DNA from: Lysobacterales bacterium
GTDB lineage: Bacteria; Pseudomonadota; Gammaproteobacteria; Xanthomonadales; SZUA-36
Direction of reading: 5' to 3'
Assembly (NCBI GenBank): GCA_029935455.1
Contig: JAOZKI010000002.1
Span: 17,294 to 81,293, forward strand
Length of the DNA: 64,000 nt
Both the position numbers and the translations under genes were made by a program. Shown one piece after another: positions 31,556-41,156 of this stretch. Within the stretch, counting starts at the first letter, position 1, and the number at the start of each line of letters is the position of its first letter. The notes below the pieces were generated by a model. That model saw only the letters and a program-made list of their open reading frames with translations, searched no databases and was not told where the DNA came from.

Positions 31556-31876
31556 TCAATTCGAAACGCTAGCGGCGACCCAGCGCGCATAGGCCGCTGA
31601 TACCTGCGCTGGTTCAAACGCCACCAGTTCCGGCACTGCATAGGGATGCTGCGCTTCCAGCCATTCCTGCAGGCGGCCCAGCTGGGCCCGCGTGCTCTTT
31701 ATGACCAGCAACACTTCCTGCTCATCGGCAAGTTCGCCATCCCAGACATAGACGGACCGCACAGCCGGCACAATGTTCACACAGGCCGCCAAACGCGCAT
31801 GTACCAGGCCGTGCGCCAGCGCCGCTGCCGTATCCGCATCGGGCACGGTACTCAGCACCAGCCGCAGGTCACTCAT
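31556..31876 (-). CDS. cutA: Divalent-cation tolerance protein CutA
   Basis: 106 aa, ...AACVNIVPAVRSVYVWDGE.... It shows the classic cutA-dsbD linkage. Confidence 0.9.
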   Translation of the reverse strand: MSDLRLVLSTVPDADTAAALAHGLVHARLAACVNIVPAVRSVYVWDGELADEQEVLLVIKSTRAQLGRLQEWLEAQHPYAVPELVAFEPAQVSAAYARWVAASVSN

Positions 31877-31891
31877 GTGGCGCAGGCTAAC

Positions 31892-31918
31892 CCAGCAGCC
31901 GTGAAGGGGGGCTGCTGG
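31892..31918 (-). terminator. Stem-loop between PFK gene and cutA (possible terminator, no U-tract)
   Basis: Perfect 9-bp stem CCAGCAGCC/GGCTGCTGG with a 9-nt loop. Confidence 0.3.
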
Positions 31919-31948
31919 ACCCGATGCGGACTCATGCGGGCCGCCACC

Positions 31949-33211
31949 TTACACCTCGAAGGGCGGGAGCTTTTTATCCAGCAGCACCTTGCGCATGCGC
32001 ACGTAGTTCGGCAGCCCGTTCTTGCCGTAGGGCGGATAGGCCTCACCCTGAATCAGCGGCGCCAGGTAGCGGCGCGCCGCCGCGGTAATGCCCATGCCGT
32101 CCTTGCTGATGAACTTTTTGGGCATCATCTTTTCCTTATTTGCCATGCGGCTGAGCTGGGCCTCGCCAGCCCGCCAACGGTAGGGCTGATCGGACACACG
32201 CTCAATGATGGGCATGACGCCGGACTTACCCTCGGCCGCCAGCTTGATGGCCGCCGCGCCCATGGCATAAGCCTGATCGACATCGGTCTGCGAGGCCACA
32301 TGCCGAGCCGAACGCTGCAGGTAATCGGACACGGCCCAATGGTACTTGTAACCCAGCTTGGCCTTCACCAGGCCTGCCACGACCGGTGCCACACCACCCA
32401 ACTGCGCATGCCCGAAGGCATCGCGCACCCCGGCATCGGCAAGGAACTTGCCACTGGCATCTCGTACGCCTTCGGATACCACCACCGAGCAGTAGCCATG
32501 CTTTTTCACCGCCCGATCGACCTTGGCCAAGAACGCCGCCTCATCAAAGGTGACCTCAGGAAACAGAATCACATGCGGCGGATCACCTTGCTCCTGCTGC
32601 GCCAGGCCGCCGGCAGCGGCAATCCAACCCGCGTGCCGACCCATCACTTCAAGAATAAATACCTTGGTAGAGCTCGACGCCATGGACTCCACATCCAGGC
32701 TGGCCTCCATAATTGATACGGCAACGTACTTGGCTACGGAGCCAAAGCCGGGACAGTTATCGGTAATGGGCAGGTCGTTATCAATAGTTTTCGGCACGCC
32801 AATGCACTGCACGGGGAACCCCATTTTCTGGCCGATTTGCGACACCTTGTAGGCCGTATCGGAAGAGTCACCGCCGCCGTTGTAAAGGAATACCCCGATG
32901 TTGTGAGCCTTGAACACTTCAATCAGCCGCTCGTACTCGCGCTGATTTTCTTCCATGCCACGGAGCTTATAGCGGCAGGAGCCAAACGCGCCGCCTGGGG
33001 TGTGGCGCAGGCCCGCAATATCGGCCTTGCGCTCCTTGCTGGTATCGATCAACTCCTCGCGCAGCACGCCGATTATGCCGTCTCGGCCGGCATAGACCTT
33101 GCCGAACTGCTCCTTGTGCTCACGCGCCGCTTCGATCACACCGCAAGCGGTCGCATTAATTACGGGGGTTACGCCACCGGACTGGGCGTAAAGAACGTTT
33201 TTCCTGGCCAT
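31949..33211 (-). CDS. 6-phosphofructokinase, long (about 420 aa) form, possibly PPi-dependent
   Basis: Start at ATG 33211 (MARKNVLYAQSGGVTPVINA, preceded by GAGGA). Motifs NGGGDSS and GVPKTIDND are present. Confidence 0.85.
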   Translation of the reverse strand: MARKNVLYAQSGGVTPVINATACGVIEAAREHKEQFGKVYAGRDGIIGVLREELIDTSKERKADIAGLRHTPGGAFGSCRYKLRGMEENQREYERLIEVFKAHNIGVFLYNGGGDSSDTAYKVSQIGQKMGFPVQCIGVPKTIDNDLPITDNCPGFGSVAKYVAVSIMEASLDVESMASSSTKVFILEVMGRHAGWIAAAGGLAQQEQGDPPHVILFPEVTFDEAAFLAKVDRAVKKHGYCSVVVSEGVRDASGKFLADAGVRDAFGHAQLGGVAPVVAGLVKAKLGYKYHWAVSDYLQRSARHVASQTDVDQAYAMGAAAIKLAAEGKSGVMPIIERVSDQPYRWRAGEAQLSRMANKEKMMPKKFISKDGMGITAAARRYLAPLIQGEAYPPYGKNGLPNYVRMRKVLLDKKLPPFEV

Positions 33212-33327
33212 TGAATCTGTCCTCAACCGGATCTGTGTTTATGCGCTTTCTGGTTTGACTGGGGCGCGGTGATCGCTTAGCTTAGCGGCTTACTCAACCC
33301 CCTATGCTAACTGACGGAAACCGTCTC

Positions 33328-33903
33328 ATGCGAATCGTTTTACTGGGTGCGCCCGGGTCCGGGAAAGGAACCCAGGCAGCACTGCTTAAAGAGCACTATT
33401 CCATCCCGCATATCTCCACCGGCGTGCTGCTACGCGAGGCCGTGGCAAATGCAACGCCCCTGGGCCAGCAGGCCAAGGCCATCATGGAGCGCGGCGAACT
33501 GGTACCGGATGATGTGATGTTGAACCTGATCCGGGAGCGCCTGGCACAGAGTGACGTCGCCAGCGGCTACATTCTGGATGGCTACCCGCGCAATCTCAGC
33601 CAGGCTGAGGCACTGGAGCAAGTTCTCAGCGAACTGGAACTGCCCGTGGAAGAAGCGGTCCTGATTGAAGTGGACGAAGACATGGTGGTCGCACGGATCG
33701 CCCGGCGCGCCGCAGAAGAAGGGCGGAGCGATGACACGGAAGAGGTGGTTCGCAACCGCATGCGCGTTTATGAAGAGCAGACCGCGCCGGTGGCCGGCTT
33801 TTATGCCGAGCACGGCGTGCTGACGCGTATTCTCGGCGAAGGCACGATTGACGAAGTACAGCAACGGATCCAGGGCGCCCTCGAGCAGGGTAACCTCGCT
33901 TAG
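33328..33903 (+). CDS. adk: Adenylate kinase (short-LID type)
   Basis: Start re-picked at ATG 33328, giving MRIVLLGAPGSGKGTQ (P-loop). The protein is 191 aa with a short LID, RRAAEEGRSDD. Confidence 0.92.
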   Translation: MRIVLLGAPGSGKGTQAALLKEHYSIPHISTGVLLREAVANATPLGQQAKAIMERGELVPDDVMLNLIRERLAQSDVASGYILDGYPRNLSQAEALEQVLSELELPVEEAVLIEVDEDMVVARIARRAAEEGRSDDTEEVVRNRMRVYEEQTAPVAGFYAEHGVLTRILGEGTIDEVQQRIQGALEQGNLA

Positions 33904-33935
33904 AGCGCCGGACAGCGCGCACGCGACGTGATGCC

Positions 33936-34439
33936 ATGACGCAACCGCTACAAGCAGTACTCGACCTGCTGCGTCTGCGCGCTGGCCCCCAGGATCTACC
34001 GGACAACCTGCGCTACACACTGGCGGTACTGGTGCTCTATGTGGTGCAGGCGGTACTGACCACGGAAGCGCTGGCTGAAGCCAGCGGCACCAACAGCGAA
34101 GTGGGCCGTAATCTGCTGGCCACGGCCCTGCAGTTCATCGCCATTGCTGCGCTGCTGTTTTATCGCCGGCGACCGGAGCGCTTGCAGCAAACCGTGCTGG
34201 CTCTGGCGGCAACGGGTATTGCACTGAACCTGCTGGCCTTCCCCCTGCTGCTGCAGTCTGACCCCAATCAAAACCAACCCCTGCTGCTGCTGCTTTGGCT
34301 CGGCCTGTTTGGCTGGAGCCTGGCCGTTGAGGGCAATATCCTGCGCCATGCGCTGGACGTGGAACTGCCCATTGCCATATTGATCGTGGTGATGCTTCTG
34401 GCCCTGCGCTTTCTGGCGCTGGAATTGGCGTTCCTGTGA
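33936..34439 (+). CDS. Inner-membrane protein of unknown function
   Basis: 167 aa with about 4-5 hydrophobic helices. Its stop overlaps the mpl GTG start (GTGA). Confidence 0.6.
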   Translation: MTQPLQAVLDLLRLRAGPQDLPDNLRYTLAVLVLYVVQAVLTTEALAEASGTNSEVGRNLLATALQFIAIAALLFYRRRPERLQQTVLALAATGIALNLLAFPLLLQSDPNQNQPLLLLLWLGLFGWSLAVEGNILRHALDVELPIAILIVVMLLALRFLALELAFL

Positions 34440-35797
34440 GCCAACACCTGCATATTCTGGGAATCTGCGGCACCTTTATGGGGGGCGTTGCCCTGCTCGC
34501 GCGGCGCGCCGGCTTTCGGGTGACCGGCTCTGATGAGAACACCTATCCACCCATGAGTACCCTGCTGGAGGCGGAAGGCATCGAACTGACTGAAGGTTAT
34601 GACCCTTCTCAGCTTGATTCCAGACCGGACCTGGTGATCATTGGCAACGCGCTCAGCCGCGGCAATCCGGCGGTAGAGGCGGTGCTTGATCGTGGCCTGA
34701 ACTACACCTCGGGCCCACGCTGGCTGGGCGAAAACTACCTGCGCGGTAAAACCGTACTGGCCGTTGCAGGCACCCACGGCAAGACCACAACCTCCAGCAT
34801 GCTGGCCTGGATTCTTGAGGCCTGCGGTCGTAAGCCAGGGTTTCTTATCGGCGGACTGCCGCGCAACTTTGACGTTTCCGCACGCGACGGCGACGATCTG
34901 TTCGTGGTTGAAGCCGATGAATACGACACGGCATTTTTCGATAAGCGCGCCAAGTTCGTGCACTACCGACCGCGCATTACGGTGCTGAACAACCTCGAAT
35001 ATGATCACGCCGATATCTATCCCGATCTGGACGCGATCAAAACCCAGTTCCACCATCTGGTTCGCACCATACCCGGTACCGGGACCATCCTGTGTAACGG
35101 CGCTGACTCGCACCTCGAATCCGTACTACGACGCGGCTGCTGGAGCCAGCTACAGCGCTTCTCCACAGAACCAGATAGCGAATGGCAGGTCCGGCTGCTG
35201 GACCCCGGCGGCACCCACCTGGCCTTTAGTTTTCAGGGCGCATCCGTGGGCGAACTGGCCTGGGGCCAGTGCGGCGAGCACAACGCCCTGAATGCCTGCG
35301 CGGCCCTGGGCGCGGCGGTAGCGGCCGGCGTCCCCCCGGAACAGGCCGTTGCAGCACTGGGCGACTTTCAGGGCGTCAAGCGGCGCCTGGAAACGGTGGG
35401 CACTTTTGACGATATCCATGTCTACGATGACTTTGCCCACCACCCGACGGCGATCCGCATGACGCTGGCCGGCCTCCGGCGGCGCGTCGGCAATGCGCGC
35501 ATCCTGGTTGGCCTGGAACCGCGCAGCAATACCATGCGCGCAGGCGTGCATGCGGACCTGCTCGGACCATCGCTGATCGCCGCCGATCAGGTTTGGTTGA
35601 TGACCGGCGATGATATCGACTGGGATCCACAGGTAGCGCTGGCACCGCTCGAAGGTCGGGGCCGTGTGGTGACGCGCACGGACGAGCTGCTGCAGCAAAT
35701 GCTGGATGAGGCCCGGCCTGGCGATCATGTGGTCTTTATGAGCAACGGCGGCTTCGAGGCCGCACCACGACGCTTCACGGAGCAGCTTGGCGCATGA
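34436..35797 (+). CDS. mpl: UDP-N-acetylmuramate:L-alanyl-gamma-D-glutamyl-meso-DAP ligase
   Basis: 453 aa with the N-terminus HLHILGICGTFMGG and the Mur-ligase P-loop GTHGKTTT. Confidence 0.9.
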   Translation: MSQHLHILGICGTFMGGVALLARRAGFRVTGSDENTYPPMSTLLEAEGIELTEGYDPSQLDSRPDLVIIGNALSRGNPAVEAVLDRGLNYTSGPRWLGENYLRGKTVLAVAGTHGKTTTSSMLAWILEACGRKPGFLIGGLPRNFDVSARDGDDLFVVEADEYDTAFFDKRAKFVHYRPRITVLNNLEYDHADIYPDLDAIKTQFHHLVRTIPGTGTILCNGADSHLESVLRRGCWSQLQRFSTEPDSEWQVRLLDPGGTHLAFSFQGASVGELAWGQCGEHNALNACAALGAAVAAGVPPEQAVAALGDFQGVKRRLETVGTFDDIHVYDDFAHHPTAIRMTLAGLRRRVGNARILVGLEPRSNTMRAGVHADLLGPSLIAADQVWLMTGDDIDWDPQVALAPLEGRGRVVTRTDELLQQMLDEARPGDHVVFMSNGGFEAAPRRFTEQLGA

Positions 35798-36393
35798 GCG
35801 ACCGTGCTGAGCTGCCCCTGTTTCCACTCAACACGGTGCTGGTGCCGGGCGGACACCTGCCGCTACGCATCTTTGAGCGGCGCTACCTGGACATGGTGCG
35901 CTGGTGCAGCGGCGAGGGGCAGCCCTTTGGCGTGGTTCTGGTCGTCCAAGCCGAAGAACCGGGACAAGCCGCGCACGTACGCATCGGCTCAGCCGCGCAC
36001 ATAACGGACTTCAATACGCTGGAAGACGGGCTGCTGGGTATTACGGCACAGGGCGGGAAAAAATTTCAGGTGCTGTCCACACGCGGCCGCGATGACGGCC
36101 TGCTACTTGCCGATGTGCACTATCTGGAGCCGGAACCGCCCTTGCCACTACCACCGGAATTCGGGCTGCTGGCTGATATCACGCGCGGTTTTCTCGAGCG
36201 GCTCGACGGCCAGTTTCCCGATGCTTTACCGGAGCAGTTGGATGATGCGGCCTGGGTAGGGTATCGACTGACGGAGTTACTGCCGCTGGACAACGCAGAA
36301 AAGCAGGCGCTGCTCGAACTTAACGACCCGTTGACGCGCTTGCAGGTGCTGCTGGAAGTGTTGCCTCGCTTTCAGGCAGAAGAGGACGAATAA
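35794..36393 (+). CDS. LON substrate-binding (N-terminal) domain protein
   Basis: 199 aa, LPLFPLNTVLVPGGHLPLRIFERRYLDM. It overlaps the mpl stop by 4 nt. Confidence 0.8.
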   Translation: MSDRAELPLFPLNTVLVPGGHLPLRIFERRYLDMVRWCSGEGQPFGVVLVVQAEEPGQAAHVRIGSAAHITDFNTLEDGLLGITAQGGKKFQVLSTRGRDDGLLLADVHYLEPEPPLPLPPEFGLLADITRGFLERLDGQFPDALPEQLDDAAWVGYRLTELLPLDNAEKQALLELNDPLTRLQVLLEVLPRFQAEEDE

Positions 36394-38350
36394 GCAGCAC
36401 GCCCTCCCCCTGCTTCGTTTCACTGGCCGGCAGGCCGTGCGTAAAAGCCGTTAGCGCAGACGGTGACAGAGGCGCCTGACGCCAGGCGCTGAAAAAGCGC
36501 AGACGCCGCACCAAAACCTCGTCGTAAAGCTGGCCCAGATACAAGGCCTGCTGGCCGTCCAGGCGCACGCCCGAATCCCAGATCCTGAGCACCCGTTGGC
36601 GCTGCTCGCCCGACGTCTCCTGGCGCAAGACCAGGGCCTCCCGCTGACCCAAATAGTTGCGCCCAGTGAGCGGCAGGGTTTGCACGTCAGCCTCGGGGTT
36701 CAGGGACTGCAGAATCCAGCGCCAGCCAGCCGGCCCTACCGATTCCCAGCCCTCCGCCGCCAGCGTGTCACTCAACAGCTGCGGCGTCAGTGCCAACTGC
36801 AGATTAAAATCGCGCACGTCCGGCGCCGTGGCGCGGGTGCGCTGACGAGGTAGCGTGCTCCATCCCTCCTGCCACCAGAGCGCCTCGTTCATGGGTACGG
36901 GCTGCACGGCAAGGCGCACCGCATGCAGATCATCAGCCTGATGCACATCGATCTGCCAGATCATGGTGAGAGTCAGGGTGCCAAAGAAAATGGCGCTGGC
37001 CGTTGGCCCACTGAAGGGGCGTAGGGCTCGGGCACGATAGGCCATGCCCACGATGGCGGTCCAGGCCAGACCCAGAATAAAGCCCACCAGGGCACCACTC
37101 AGCCAGTCCAGACCCAGATATACCCGCGCAATCAGTAGTGCCGTAAGCAGCAGCGTTGAAGCCAGATAGGGCCACTTACGATGTTTGCGCTTGAGCTCGC
37201 GCGCCACCAGCACGGCGAAAAACCCGAGCACGACCGTGGCCATGGTCATGGGCACGCTGGGCAAAAAGGTCTGTTCCTGAGTGGCCATTTGCATCAGCGG
37301 TACGGAGCGCAGCGTCCAACTCATGATGGACTGCAACAAAAAGCCGCCGACCATGGCCACCAGCCAGTGTATGGCAGCCGTCTTGCGATTGGCGCCCAGC
37401 AACCACAGCAAGGTGGCCATCATGGTCGGCAACAGAACCCACCAGCGCGAGAGCTGGCTCACCGCCACCATGAGAACATCAGCCAGGTCATTGCGCAGGG
37501 TTTGGGTCCAGGCCAGCACCGCGAGATCACCGCGACCCGGCTCGGCACCAAAAGGCGCCAGCAAGAGCAGCAGCAGCAACCCACACAAGGTACCCACCAG
37601 AAGCAGCCCGAGCATGCTCACCGACAGCACTTCCGGCTGCGCAGGATCCACCACCGGACCCAACACACGACCGAGCACCGGATGGCGCCGGGACCAACGA
37701 ATCGCATGCCGCATAAAGCGCGCCGAGTGCACCACAAAGACCTCATAGACCAGGCGGATAAACCACAGACTCAGCCACACGATCGCCACAGCGAGAGCCA
37801 ATACCAGCGCCAGGCGACCGGCGTACTCGGAGGCCACATCCAGCGACGCACCGAACAGAATCCCCGGCACCAAATAGATGGGAGTCCACAGCACACAGGC
37901 GGGAATACAAACAGCAAGAAAGGCGCGCAGCGGCATACCCAGCATGCCTGCGGTGGTGGGAATCACCGGTCGCAGCGGACCGATAAAGCGACCCGCCAGC
38001 ACGCTCTTGGCGCCATGCTTGCGAAAGAAATCCACGCCACGCTGTAGCATGGCCGGATAGCGGCTGAAGGGCCACATGCGCCGCAGTTGCAAGCGATAAT
38101 GTTGACCCACAGCGAAGCTAACCAGGTCGCCGCAGAAAGCGCCCAGGGAACCACCCAGCCAGATCGGCCCCCAGCCGGTCACACCCATGCCAATCATGGC
38201 GCCAACGCCGAAGAGAATGAAAATCCCGGGCAACAGGAACCCCACCATCACCAGTGATTCGATAAACGCGATAAAAAAGATGGCCAGCCCGGCCCAGTGC
38301 GGATGGGCACTGATCCAGTCCATCAACCCCTGCAGATACGTTTGCTCCAT
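36320..38350 (-). CDS. DedA (VTT) domain / degenerate PAP2-like / LssY-C-like fusion membrane protein
   Basis: 676 aa. The N-terminal DedA-type segment is FIESLVMVGFLLPG...AGRFIGPLRPVIP. The central polytopic region has a PAP2 C3-like ARVYLGLDWLSGALVG. About 200 aa at the C-terminus look soluble. Confidence 0.75.
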   Translation of the reverse strand: MEQTYLQGLMDWISAHPHWAGLAIFFIAFIESLVMVGFLLPGIFILFGVGAMIGMGVTGWGPIWLGGSLGAFCGDLVSFAVGQHYRLQLRRMWPFSRYPAMLQRGVDFFRKHGAKSVLAGRFIGPLRPVIPTTAGMLGMPLRAFLAVCIPACVLWTPIYLVPGILFGASLDVASEYAGRLALVLALAVAIVWLSLWFIRLVYEVFVVHSARFMRHAIRWSRRHPVLGRVLGPVVDPAQPEVLSVSMLGLLLVGTLCGLLLLLLLAPFGAEPGRGDLAVLAWTQTLRNDLADVLMVAVSQLSRWWVLLPTMMATLLWLLGANRKTAAIHWLVAMVGGFLLQSIMSWTLRSVPLMQMATQEQTFLPSVPMTMATVVLGFFAVLVARELKRKHRKWPYLASTLLLTALLIARVYLGLDWLSGALVGFILGLAWTAIVGMAYRARALRPFSGPTASAIFFGTLTLTMIWQIDVHQADDLHAVRLAVQPVPMNEALWWQEGWSTLPRQRTRATAPDVRDFNLQLALTPQLLSDTLAAEGWESVGPAGWRWILQSLNPEADVQTLPLTGRNYLGQREALVLRQETSGEQRQRVLRIWDSGVRLDGQQALYLGQLYDEVLVRRLRFFSAWRQAPLSPSALTAFTHGLPASETKQGEGVLLIRPLLPESEATLPAAPASASTGR

Positions 38351-38485
38351 AGACAGTGCTGGCTTGATCCTGCGTTAAAAGATGCCGCACACGGCGCGGG
38401 CACGCGTATGATACGACAAGCGCTGTGGACGTCCGGTTCACAGCCTCGCAGCAAACAACCGACAACGCCTAACGAGGTCCAGCCC

Positions 38486-39307
38486 ATGACTGATCTTGCC
38501 CAACGAACCCTGTTTATTACCGGCGGCTCCCGCGGCATCGGCAAAGCCATCGCCCTGCGTGCGGCGCGCGATGGCGCCAACGTGGTGGTAGCAGCCAAAA
38601 CCGATACCCCCCATCCCAAACTCCCGGGCACGATCCACAGCGCGGCGGAAGAGATCGAAGCGGCCGGTGGCCGGGCCCTGGCGATCAAACTGGATGTCCG
38701 CGATGATGACGCGGTGGATGCAGCCATGGCCCAGGCCGCAGAGCACTTCGGCGCCATCGACGTGCTGGTCAACAACGCCAGCGCCATTACCCTGCGCAAT
38801 ACCCAGGCACTGACCATGCGACGCTTCGACCTCATGTTCAGTGTTAATGTTCGCGGCACCTATTCCTGCTCCCGCGCCGCCTTGCCCTATCTGCGCGAGG
38901 GCACCAACCCGCAGATCCTTAATCTGTCACCACCGCTCAATCTGAATCCGCACTGGTTCCGCGACCATACGGCCTACACCATGTCCAAATATGGCATGAG
39001 CATGTGCGTGCTCGGCATGGCGGAAGAATTCCGGTCTTTGGGTATCGGTGTGAATGCGCTCTGGCCCCGTACGGTCATCGCCACCGCAGCCATTAATATG
39101 CTTGACGGCATGGTCAAACCGGAAAACTGCCGCAATGAAGAGGTGATGGCCGACGCGGCGCATGCCATCCTGTGCCGGGATGCCCGCAGCTGCACCGGCA
39201 ACTTCTTCATCGACGAAGACGTACTGGTGGAAGCGGGCGTCAAAGATTTTGACCGCTACGCGATCCAGCCTGGCGCGCCGCTCATGAAGGACCTGTTTCT
39301 GGACTAG
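38486..39307 (+). CDS. Short-chain dehydrogenase/reductase (HSDL2-like)
   Basis: Start re-picked at ATG 38486 (GAGG upstream). Motifs [28 protein letters not shown] and YTMSK (YxxxK) are present. Confidence 0.85.
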   Translation: MTDLAQRTLFITGGSRGIGKAIALRAARDGANVVVAAKTDTPHPKLPGTIHSAAEEIEAAGGRALAIKLDVRDDDAVDAAMAQAAEHFGAIDVLVNNASAITLRNTQALTMRRFDLMFSVNVRGTYSCSRAALPYLREGTNPQILNLSPPLNLNPHWFRDHTAYTMSKYGMSMCVLGMAEEFRSLGIGVNALWPRTVIATAAINMLDGMVKPENCRNEEVMADAAHAILCRDARSCTGNFFIDEDVLVEAGVKDFDRYAIQPGAPLMKDLFLD

Positions 39308-40599
39308 CTGGCGGCCATGCGCTGCAGCACCTCGCTGGCAGCGCTTAGCGTGTCATCTAGGTCCTGTTCCGTGTGCGCCATGGACACAAAGCCGGCTTCA
39401 AATGCGGACGGCGCCAGGTACACCCCTGCGTCCAGCATGCCATGGAAAAAGACCCGGAAGGCGTCCTGATCGCAGGCCATGACCGTCTCAAAGCTGGTCA
39501 CTGAAGGCGCGTCAGTAAAGAAAAAGCCGAACATGCCGCCGGCTTGTGCGAAACACATGGGGACGCCGGCCGCCCCGGCAACGCGTGTCAGGCCCGCGAC
39601 CAGATACTCGGTCTTGGCGGTCAGCTCCGCGTAGAAACCAGGCGCAGAAATCAGCTCCAGATTGGCCAGGCCGGCGGCCATAGCGACGGGGTTTCCCGAC
39701 AGGGTACCGGCCTGATAAACCGGGCCCAGCGGCGCGATCAGCTCCATGAGCTCGCGCTTGCCACCAAAGGCACCGACCGGCATGCCGGCCCCAATCACTT
39801 TGCCAAAGGTAGACAGGTCCGGGCGCACATCAAACATGGCCTGCGCCCCACCAAGCGCAACGCGGAACCCCGTCATCACCTCATCGAAAATCAGCACCAC
39901 GCCATGCTCATCGCACAGGGCACGCATACCCTCGAGATAGCCCGGCGCCGGCAGGATGCAGTTCATATTGCCGGTAATGGGCTCAACGATAATGGCGGCC
40001 ACCTCATGGCCCTGCAACTGCAGCGCGGCACGCAGGGCATCGAGGTCGTTAAAGGGCAGGGTCATGGTCAGATCGGCCAGCGCTGCGGGTACGCCGGGCG
40101 AATTTGGTACGCCCAGCGTCAAGGCGCCGCTACCCGCCTTGACGAGAAAGGAATCCGCATGCCCGTGATAGCAGCCTTCAAATTTAATGATCCGGTCCCG
40201 CCCGGTAGCCGCCCGGGCAAGCCGAATGGCGCTCATGGTCGCCTCCGTACCTGAGTTGACCATGCGCACCAGGTCCATGGATGGCACCAGCTCACACAAG
40301 CGCTCGGCCATGGTGACCTCGCCGGGGGATGGCGCACCGTAGCTCAGGCCGCGGGCAGCTGCCTGCTTAACCGCTGCCAGCACCTGCGGATGCGCATGGC
40401 CAGCGATCATGGGCCCCCAGGAGCCGATGTAGTCCAGGTAGGCACGTCCATCGACCGCAAACAGGCGCGAACCCTCCGCGCGCTCGAAAAATAGCGGGTC
40501 ACCACCCACGCCGTTGAAGGCTCGAACCGGGGAGTTGACGCCGCCGGGAATGTGCGCGCGGGCACGGGTAAGAAGTTCAGCGTTACTGGCTGCAGTCAT
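39304..40599 (-). CDS. hemL: Glutamate-1-semialdehyde 2,1-aminomutase
   Basis: Start re-picked at ATG 40599. Motifs [13 protein letters not shown] and [16 protein letters not shown] (PLP Lys region) are present. Confidence 0.93.
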   Translation of the reverse strand: MTAASNAELLTRARAHIPGGVNSPVRAFNGVGGDPLFFERAEGSRLFAVDGRAYLDYIGSWGPMIAGHAHPQVLAAVKQAAARGLSYGAPSPGEVTMAERLCELVPSMDLVRMVNSGTEATMSAIRLARAATGRDRIIKFEGCYHGHADSFLVKAGSGALTLGVPNSPGVPAALADLTMTLPFNDLDALRAALQLQGHEVAAIIVEPITGNMNCILPAPGYLEGMRALCDEHGVVLIFDEVMTGFRVALGGAQAMFDVRPDLSTFGKVIGAGMPVGAFGGKRELMELIAPLGPVYQAGTLSGNPVAMAAGLANLELISAPGFYAELTAKTEYLVAGLTRVAGAAGVPMCFAQAGGMFGFFFTDAPSVTSFETVMACDQDAFRVFFHGMLDAGVYLAPSAFEAGFVSMAHTEQDLDDTLSAASEVLQRMAAS

Positions 40600-40769
40600 G
40601 GCGCCGGTCTCGAAGTTGCAATGCGAATGGGACGGCCATTTTCCGCGCGTGCTCAGGCCATGGCAAGTGAAAGCGCGCAAGTGGCTGCGTGACGGGCCGG
40701 TTCCTCGAAGCGACAACGCGTGGCAGAATGCGGCTCGTCTATCGATGGTAGCTAGCAAGAGAAGGAAGC

Positions 40770-40949
40770 ATGGAAAACGCGGAACCCAAAGTCTGGATGT
40801 GCATCATCTGCGGCTGGATGTACGATGAGAGCAAGGGCGCGCCGGAGGAAGGCATCGCCCCGGGCACCCGTTGGGAAGACGTACCGGAAGACTGGTGTTG
40901 TCCCGACTGCGGTGCTGGTAAGGAAGACTTTGAAATGATGGAGGTGTAG
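40770..40949 (+). CDS. Rubredoxin
   Basis: Not in the ORF track (59 aa). Read directly as [59 protein letters not shown], with two CxxCG knuckles. GGAAG precedes the ATG. Confidence 0.9.
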   Translation: MENAEPKVWMCIICGWMYDESKGAPEEGIAPGTRWEDVPEDWCCPDCGAGKEDFEMMEV

Positions 40950-40952
40950 GCC

Positions 40953-41144
40953 ATGAGCGGATTAACGAGGAATCGCCGTAATGCCATGATTGGTGGCGTC
41001 TGCAGCGGCATCGCAGCAAACTTCGGCTGGTCAGCCACGGCCACGCGCGTGGTTTATGTGCTGCTATCCATCATGTCGGTGGCCTTTCCCGGCATTCTGG
41101 TTTATTTGATTCTGTGGCTGGTGCTGCCCTGGGATGATGCCTGA
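40953..41144 (+). CDS. PspC-domain membrane protein
   Basis: 63 aa, RNRRNAMIGGVCSGIAANFGW...RVVYVLL, then a hydrophobic helix. It starts 3 nt after the rubredoxin stop. Confidence 0.8.
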   Translation: MSGLTRNRRNAMIGGVCSGIAANFGWSATATRVVYVLLSIMSVAFPGILVYLILWLVLPWDDA

Positions 41145-41156
41145 TTCCCAGCTCGC

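Noticed and set aside
31646-32716. 356-aa plus-strand ORF
   Set aside because: It is antisense to cutA and the PFK gene and has no recognisable motif.
34268-35113. 281-aa minus-strand ORF
   Set aside because: It is antisense to mpl, which has the Mur-ligase P-loop, and to the preceding membrane protein.
37181-38047. 288-aa plus-strand ORF rich in His/Gln/Gly
   Set aside because: It is antisense to the DedA/PAP2-like membrane protein. Its composition mirrors the hydrophobic codons on the other strand.
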